A program made the position numbers and the translations under genes. 64,000 nt of DNA from Octopus sinensis (Eukaryota). Shown here one piece after another: positions 54,988-64,000 of this stretch. Numbering within the stretch: the stretch's first letter is position 1; the number at the start of each line of letters is the position of its first letter. The stretch spans positions 173,290,001 through 173,354,000 of the forward strand of contig NC_042997.1 of assembly GCF_006345805.1 (NCBI RefSeq), given 5' to 3'. The notes below the pieces were generated by a model. The model made no database searches. It saw nothing but the letters and a program-made list of their open reading frames with translations, and had not been told where the DNA came from.

Positions 54988-57267
54988 TTTCATGGATAAT
55001 ATAGTCTTACATGGATAATATAGTCTTAGATCCCCACAAAAATGTGCATAACTTTGGAATAACTTTGATCACGAATCTTCGCCATCAGGATACCTACAGT
55101 TAAATTGGTATCATTGTGGCATCCGTCTCTGCCGAAAGCAGTAGGAGCATTAGGCATTTTGATGAGCATTGGGAATTTGAAACTGAGGATAACTTCGAAG
55201 AAGAAGGTCGATAAAAGAAGTACCAGTCGAAGATAAAGAATGTGCATAATGGTTTGAACATCGGATGAGATATTTTGCGTTATCTGTTCTTCCTATTTGA
55301 CTCAAGAGTTCAAATTCTGTCTATGGTTTGACGTCACGTTGATTTCAAGGGCTAAGCTTTTGGCAACGAGACCATGATTGATTATAAAACCTTGTGATGA
55401 ATGGAGAAAGATTGCGAACAACTACGGCCACCGAAAAGTATCGTTGAGGTCCTTAAAAAAGGCCTCGAATACCAAATAAGCTGTCACATCAGCTCTTGCT
55501 TTGATTATACAGCAAACCCATTATATACTAATATTTTAGCTCGCGTGCTGAAATTTACAAAACATTAGAAAAGACAAGTATTTATAAGGTTAAATTCGGG
55601 CCTTTTTACACGCAGGAGAATAAGAACTACTAGCGAAAGACCAGTGTCTTATCCGGTGGGATATATCTGTCTCTCTTGTAGTTAACCAACTCGGAAACCG
55701 GATACAAGCAATAAACGGGTGATGTCGAACGTGACGGGAGATGCCTTAAATGTTCCAGATTTGAGAGACAGACAAAACAATACTAAATTAATTAATAAAT
55801 AATAAAATAAAAGGATCAACCTACACGAGGTTTAAGTCTCTGCCCTCAATTACACAGGGATCAGCTATCATCGTTCACTAACAGGTTATATGAGAGGCCA
55901 CACTCTAAAATAAACTTTATCAATTGTGACCCACACTGACACCTCCTTTTCTCAGTAATTCTTTGCCATTCTTTATCTTTTAAATATCCAACTCTTGTCA
56001 TTTTCGATTTCCGCGATTCATTACAGATGTTGAGATGCTACTGTTTCTTTCCTTGGACATTCTTATCTCCAGCTTCTTACAGTTGCTGCAAATCGACCAA
56101 AGTTCTTTCTTCACAGAGACGATACTTCAACCCTATTAACACGTAGTTACACTGTACCAATACACATACTAACCACACATAGCGCGCGCGCACACACACA
56201 CACACACACTCAAATGCACATATAAATACATACATGCATACATACACAGATGTATTCATACACACACATACACACACATATATATATATATACACATACA
56301 TATATATATATATATATATACATACATATACATATATATATACATACATATACATATAGATATTCACATACATATACATATATATATATATACATACATA
56401 TACATATATATCTATATGTGTGTGTGTATGTGTGTGTGTGCACGAGCCACACATACTCATGTAACACACTCATACATTCATATTTGATAAAAATACACGT
56501 AAACAGGCACACATCGTTGTTCTTTAATTTAGCAATTCTCTCATTCTTCCAGTGAAACTTGTGGAGCCAACTGTGGTCTCGTAATCTGGTGCTTTCCACT
56601 GGACATGTACAGAAATTGAAACCGGAGATGGTATTTGAACTCAGATTCGTCAGCGCTGGAAGAAACATCATAAGGCTTCTCTCGCTCTACGCTCTGTAAG
56701 CACTGTGTTAAACTACGTCCCATCTTCCTAGATTATCATTTTATTTCTCTACTCTCGACAAAAAACCTCCCAAAAAATGTAAATTCAGCCTCATTGAGAT
56801 TTGAATTCGGGGTGTAGTGGATGCAGATGTATTATAAATACATAAGTCGTTTTGTAATAAATGAAAGATTTATTTTCACTACATCAATTTGTAAGCAATG
56901 CTACACATCGCTTGTACAAAATGCATATTAAATAATGCTTGCAAATAATACATATTAAAGAATGCGCAATACATAGTACATATTAAAGGAGGATTCTTGG
57001 GTCTGATTTCGAATCCAAGCTTAGAGAAGGAAGTGCTAATTCTTACAGGGGTACAGAGATGTGGGACAAATGTCGAAAGAGGTTCTCTCTTTGACAATCT
57101 ATTTACTCTGCTTATTTGAATGCCTAAATCACCTTAAGCAAGCATGCAAATACACACGCGCTCTCACACTGGGAAATATATACAGTATATACGTCATACA
57201 CTGTAAGAGTAAGCAAATGTATGGACACGCAAGTGTGCGCAGTTCAATACACACACACGCAAGCACA

Positions 57268-57336
<69 letters not shown>

Positions 57337-57385
57337 CAGTATAACCTCGGGCTTCGAACAACTCTGATCACAAATAAATCGTGCT

Positions 57386-57445
<60 letters not shown>

Positions 57446-57504
57446 ACATACATACATACATACATACATACATACATACATAACATACATACATACATAC
57501 ATAC

Positions 57505-57539
<35 letters not shown>

Positions 57540-57715
57540 GTATAAAAACATATATTATATATGCATTGTATATATATATACATATACATATATATGCATA
57601 TATATATACATATATATTGTATACACACACATATCTATATATGTTTGTATCAAGATATACATATATATAAATATATGTCTGTATCAACACATGTACATAT
57701 TATATATAATATATA

Positions 57716-57758
<43 letters not shown>

Positions 57759-57942
57759 CGTGTGTTTATTCTTTTATTCTTTTACAAATTTTAATCATTT
57801 CACTGCGGCGATGCTGGAGCAGCGCCTTAAAATATTTCCGGGTTCAATCTCACTGCGTGGCATCTTGGGCAAGTGTTTTCTACTATAGCCTCCAGCCAAC
57901 CAATGCTTTGTGAGTGTATTTGGTAGGCAGAAATCGAAACAA

Positions 57943-58347
57943 TCTTGACTTATATATATATATATATAAAAGAAAGGTTGTGTGTCTGTCTACACCGATT
58001 TAGATTCCTAACTACTCCCACATTTTGCGGTGCAGTTTAACCAAAACCGGGTATCTTATAGTCGTGATTCATATCGAGCCCTTCTGGGTATTAGCGCGCA
58101 TCTACGATGAGTCTACGATTTTAAAAATAATTTACCATCATTTTTTTCCATTTTAATGCATATTTTTTAAATATAAGGGAAGTAACTCTCTAAAAATGTC
58201 TACGATGAGTCAACGATTTAAAATAAAAATTACCATAATTTTTTTTTCATTTTAATGCATTTTTTGCTATATTTTGGCTATAACTCACTAAAAATGCTTT
58301 ATAGTTATTTCCCTTACAAACCCGAGCAACGCCGGGCGATACTGCTA

Positions 58348-58348
<1 letters not shown>
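57943..58348 (+). mobile_element. Non-autonomous Helitron, second copy
   Basis: Same body, hairpin and CTAG|T; 5' end approximate. Confidence 0.85.
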
Positions 58349-58383
<35 letters not shown>

Positions 58384-58646
58384 GCACAGTGAGATCCGTA
58401 AAGATAGAGTCCAAAAGAGTACGAAGATCCAGTGGTAATCAGGTTGGAGTGTATGTGTAAGAGAAAAGATGATGAAAGGTCTAAAAGTGGTTAAGATACG
58501 CACATCCAAGAGGGTGGGAAGTTCAGTCAGGATCTACCCTTCATCCAACCTCTCCTTTCGTTCAACTCTTTTTTCTAATCATTCGCCATGCTGGACCACT
58601 GAACTAAACACATTTTTTTTCATTCTGTCTGTTTATTTCCTCTTAT

Positions 58647-58770
58647 TCTTTTCTGTTAAAGAGCAAAGGTTCGAAACGTAAAAGATTATTCCACTTTTCC
58701 CGAGCGTCAAACTAATACACCTGCTTGATGTTCCTACACCTGTCTTCATCTTTGTTTTTCTATGAACTAT
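58647..58770 (+). repeat. Second, more degenerate copy of the variant-hammerhead short repeat
   Basis: tcttttCTGTTAAagagcaaaggttcGAAACGTAaaaga followed by the shared tail. Confidence 0.55.
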
Positions 58771-58783
58771 ATGTGTAAGTGGG

Positions 58784-58836
<53 letters not shown>

Positions 58837-59321
58837 TTGTGTGTGTGCATGTTCACTAAAAAGTCCGTATCACTCACCCACACGTACGAAGCATGCACGA
58901 ACGCACTCACCAGTATCCAGATATATACATACACCGTATTTACACATTGCAAATGTACACATATATACACACACATGTTTGAATGTGTCTGCATGTCTGT
59001 GTGTGTGACTGTGTGTGTATGTGTGTGTACGCGTTTGCGCGCAAACGGACAATCACTGGGACAAACACTGCACATACTAAAACACACACATACACACACA
59101 CACACACACACCACAAACGCAAATACACACACACACACACACACACTTATCTGAACATATAAATATGTATGCATATTTATATGCTTATAAAATGTGTGAA
59201 TGTGTGTATATTATATGTAAATAGGCATATACATATATAAATACATAGATACATACATACATACACACACACATACATGCAAGCATACATATATACATAG
59301 ATACATATATATATATATATA

Positions 59322-59384
<63 letters not shown>

Positions 59385-59405
59385 CACATACATACAACAT
59401 ACAAA

Positions 59406-59436
<31 letters not shown>

Positions 59437-59770
59437 CAAATATACATACATACAGAAAGCATGCATATGTACACACACCTACGCATACACAGGGAGATAA
59501 AGAAAGGCAACCTTCCCCAACGTAGAGAAGAACCACGCCTTACGGAAATTGTATAGAGTCCCAAAGGAGCTGTCCGGCAACGAATAGAAGACATTTGTCA
59601 GTGATTATAAGTTAAAAGCTGATAGCAGCTTTAAGAAGCTAATTAAGTGAGTTCTTGATAAGAGATAGGCTCACAAATGAAAAAAGGCTGCAATAATTTC
59701 ATCGAAGATGTCCTGCTGTAAGACGCTGCTGTTCAGATGAAATAGTGTTGCGTTTTGGTCTATATATATG

Positions 59771-59809
<39 letters not shown>

Positions 59810-59849
59810 ATGTTATATGTGTGTGTGTGTGTGTGTGTGTCGTATATAT

Positions 59850-60015
59850 TATATATATGTACATATACATGACTGTGTGTATAAATTTATATATATATAT
59901 TATATAAGCTATATATATATACACATACATATATGTACATATATAAACACATATATACATACACATATCTATATCTATCTATATATATATATGTAGATGT
60001 ATACATATGTACGCA

Positions 60016-60057
<42 letters not shown>

Positions 60058-60333
60058 TACATACATCTATACATACACACACACACACACACATATAGAT
60101 ATATATATGCGCGTGTGACTGTGTATGTGTAGACATATATATATATATATAATATATTGCATACGTATATATATATATATGTACATATACATGACTGTGT
60201 GTATAATTATAATATATATATAATATATATATTATATTATACACATACATATATGTACATATATAAACACATATATACATACACATATCTATATCTATCG
60301 ATAATATATATGTATATGATACATATGTACGCA

Positions 60334-60377
<44 letters not shown>

Positions 60378-60480
60378 TACATACATCTATACATACACAC
60401 ACACACACCACACACATATATATAATATATGCGCGTGTGACTGTGTATGTGTAGACCTATATATATATATATATATATAT
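59850..60480 (+). repeat. ~320-bp tandem duplication of a compound microsatellite
   Basis: Anchors catgactgtgtgtataa, gtacgcatgca and gcgcgtgtgactgtgtatgtgtagac each occur twice in order. Confidence 0.85.
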
Positions 60481-61004
60481 ATGCATACTATATATATATA
60501 TATATCTATATATATATATATATATGTATATATATGTGTGTGTATGCGTTATATATATATCTATTATAACAGGTACAAGTATACTCACACACATATACAC
60601 ACTTCCATTCACACACCACACAACACACCACACACATATATATCTATATATAATATCTATATATATATATATGGCATAATATATATTTGTAAATCTAGTG
60701 AGAGAAAGAGAGAAATGTGGGAAGAGAGAGATAGAGAGATAAGACTGTGAGAGGGAGGCAGATAGAATGGAAGAATGCGATTGTCCACTGATAGGAAAGC
60801 GGCTAATCTTTCTTCCTTCTTTATCGCCACCCTTGCGATATGATGGAAGACATATCACATCCCAATCAATGTATGTGTATATGTATGTATGTATGTATGT
60901 ATGTTTGTATGTATGTATGTATGTATGTATGTATGTATGTATGTATGTATGAATGTATATGTGTGTGGATATGTATGGACGTACATGTATGTGTGCGTGC
61001 GTGT

Positions 61005-61054
<50 letters not shown>

Positions 61055-61413
61055 GATATGTATGAATGTATACACACACATATATGTATGTGTTTCACTG
61101 AGATCTATGTAAGTTCTTCCCAGAAATCTTACCGGTTACTAGCAAGTAATTAACTCTTCTTGCTTGAGACAAGACAGTCGCAAAGTTTTGAAACTGTATG
61201 AATGACCTGTTGTGTGCGTGTATGCGTGTATGTGTGTGTGCGTGTGTATGTGTGTTGATGTATGTGTAAATATACTTATACTCATGTAATGAGTCCATAT
61301 GTCTCTTGACTAGACATACTTGACTACACATAAATTGCGTGTATGTGTGTGCTTATGTGTGTGCATGTCTGTGTGTGTGAGAGAGAGACATAGAGAGTGG
61401 GAGAGCGAGAGTG

Positions 61414-61449
<36 letters not shown>

Positions 61450-61473
61450 CTAGCTAGCTAGATAGATAGATAG

Positions 61474-61517
<44 letters not shown>

Positions 61518-61969
61518 CCATTTACTCACGTAACTGCATACTTGCCCAATCCAAGAAATGCAAATACAGAACCGTTAAAATGTCTTATGCGTCTGTTTTC
61601 AAGGTGTAAGTCAGTTTACTGTATTTTTCTCTGAGAACTCAGCCTTTTGAGGCTTTTATACAAATCCGTTGTTACACAGGCCAATGATAATCGGCCTTAA
61701 TACAACTGTATTTTGTTCGTTAGTTCACCATTAGTATTATCTTTCATATATTGTAGACAAGGCATACACATCTGATGGGCAGCTGGCCTCATTAACAATG
61801 CATGGCTTTTGCCCACTCTCCCTTAGAACAATATTAAGAATGTTGAAATTACATAATCTGGTGGTCTCGGCGCTGCAGGTAGCAGGGTTTTATAACGATA
61901 TAAACAAGAATGCATTTTGCAGCAGAAGTCAATGTGGGGGGTTTTCTCGTGGCAATCACTGCAGTATAG

Positions 61970-62901
61970 TTTGTTCTAGAGTTGTCGAGGAGAAAAATTG
62001 GTCCTTTTCTATTGAGCAATGCTGGCTGTTGTCGGAGTTTCTTATGCATTTCATCCATTTGCTGACAGTACTTCTCTGCCATAATGGTTTTGCCTGGATC
62101 CAAAAAGCTGTGATGGATGAGACCGGCCGCAGACCACCAAACAGTCACCATGACCTTCTTTTGGTGCAAGTTTGGCTTCAGGAAGTGCCGTGGAGCTTTG
62201 TCGGCGCCCAACCACTGAGCTGAGCGTTGCCGGTTGTCGTAAAGAATCCACTTTTCATCGCAAGTCACAATCCGGTCGATACACGGGTCGTTCTTGTTGC
62301 GTAAAAGAAGGGAAGATGACACTTCAAAGCGGCGTTTTTTTTTTTTTTTTGGTTTCGTTCAATTCATGCGGCACCCATTTCTCAAGTATTTTTATTTTTC
62401 CAATCTCTTTCAAGTGGTTGGAAATTGTCGAATGCGTTACGTCTAATTCAGAAGCAAGCTCTCGAACAGTTGTGCGTGGATTGGCTTCGACTAAGGCTCT
62501 ATTGTTGTCAACATCCGATGGCCGACCACTACGCTTATCATCTTCAAGACTCTCGTCACCGCTACGAAATTTCTTGAACCACCATTGTGCAGTACGTTCA
62601 TTAGTGGTTCGTGGGCCAAACGCATCGTTGATATCGCGAGCTGTTTCAGCAGCTTTTCGGCCTAGCTTGAACTGGAATAAGAAAATTGTGCGATTTTGCA
62701 TTTTGTCCGTGTTGTTGTATTCAACGTTCCAGAAAAAATCGCCTAATTATTCAAAAAGAAAAAGAGTAGCACGATTAGATAGAGCGAAAAACGGGCTTTA
62801 AAATGATATATAAAGTCAAAGTAATTTAATGAAAATTAATTTGAAAATACATCATTTAAAACCAAAATTAAAAATTCCGTAGAACTTTCTTGACAACCTA
62901 A
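61970..62901 (-). mobile_element. Mariner transposon, frameshifted and 3'-truncated
   Basis: WWFKKFRSG...WVPHEL, IVTCDEKWILYDN, LLDNSR; TA|ttaggttgtcaagaaagtt TIR; frameshift in the poly-A run at ~62345; no YSPDLAPSD motif or second TIR seen. Confidence 0.9.
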
Positions 62902-62955
62902 TACACACACCACACACACAACCACACACCACACAACACCCCCACACACACACCT

Positions 62956-63005
<50 letters not shown>

Positions 63006-63674
63006 TATATATTATATATATTATATATATATATATTGTTAATAACCCTTGCATTGGTATGTAAAATTGGGTTGACCTATTCAATTTTCTTCGAATTTGC
63101 ATATACTATAAAATAGATATTAGCTATTTTTCAACAGATGAGAGGCATAAACAATCTCTGACGTAAATGAGACTTAAATAAAGGAAACTGCTGGTTAGGT
63201 GGACTAACCACACAGTAATAAAAGCTTTGCTCGTGGATATATAATGTAACGATGTAGTTACATTATGCTCGGAGGTGTTGCTACGTGACCAAGATATTCG
63301 CTTCGCAATCACGCACTATAAATTTCGATTCCATTGCGTAGTACATTTGGCAAATGTCTTCTAACATATCTATTTGTTAACAGAAAACGTGTGAATGAAA
63401 CTGAAATTGAATATAAGGAAGTCCGCAAAAAACAAAAATAAAAAAAATGTCTTTTTGTTTGGGAGACTCATTCTTTTGACCAATTTAGTACCACTAATCA
63501 GCCCTTCGGTGCCAGTATTCACCCGAAAAATAGCTTGATATTTTGACATATTTCAAAGAGTCCTAGCTTTTTTGTTCTCCCATCTTCCTCCAACTTACGT
63601 ATCTCGGAGGTTATGAGAAACCTTTTCTAACCACGTCATAAAACAAAAATTGTCTGGGAAATGCAACGGGTGAT

Positions 63675-63832
63675 CAGTGGCGCAGCTAGATTGTGTAATG
63701 CCGAGGATAGCCCTTGCGTTTTGCCCCCACACCGGGCCAATACGGTCTATACATATTTATACGAGAGACCTAAAAATGCTGCTCAGTAAAAGGAGGTGGA
63801 CCATCTTGCGTTCTATCCTTAGCTACGTTACG
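63675..63832. mobile_element. hAT-like MITE, tandemly duplicated (second copy from 63883 to window end)
   Basis: cagtggcgcagctag ... agctacgttacg; 8-bp flanks cgggtgat/cgggtgag. Confidence 0.6.
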
Positions 63833-64000
63833 CGGGTGAGACCGTAATACGACAAGACGCACAGATTAGAGCAACAGGTGACCAGTGGCACAACTAGATT
63901 GTGTGCCTTCGGGGACAACCCTTGAGTTTTCCCCCACGCTGGGTCAATACAGCCAATACATATTCAAAAGACAGACCTAAAAATGCTGCTCAGTAAAAGC

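Noticed and set aside
55383-55490. Degenerate hammerhead (gtgatga...aaataagctgtca)
   Set aside because: Core and stems too degenerate to support
61849-62701. SETMAR or other domesticated transposase
   Set aside because: No SET domain; frameshifted, truncated and TIR-bounded

Overview
AT-rich, microsatellite-saturated animal genomic DNA, probably intronic or intergenic. The repeat families resemble octopus/coleoid SINEs; this is inferred from memory, not searched. No intact host gene is supportable, and nearly all listed ORFs are microsatellite or SINE translations. The window holds several tRNA-derived SINE families and decayed LINEs (CR1-type, Jockey/L2-like, R4/Dong- and HERO-like RLE LINEs). 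It also holds two Penelope-like (PLE) relics, an internally deleted Tc1, a frameshifted mariner, non-autonomous Helitrons and hAT-like MITEs. There is one 100-N gap. Most notable are six type-I hammerhead ribozyme-like motifs of PLE type plus a degenerate seventh. Two have a complete core, and one family carries a non-canonical CUGUUGA core. Also notable is a Meta-domain-like SINE that builds head-to-tail multimers at a fixed junction and appears to insert into itself. Several elements appear targeted to (TAA)n or (TACA)n microsatellites. Coordinates were read by eye and ends may be off by a few bases.
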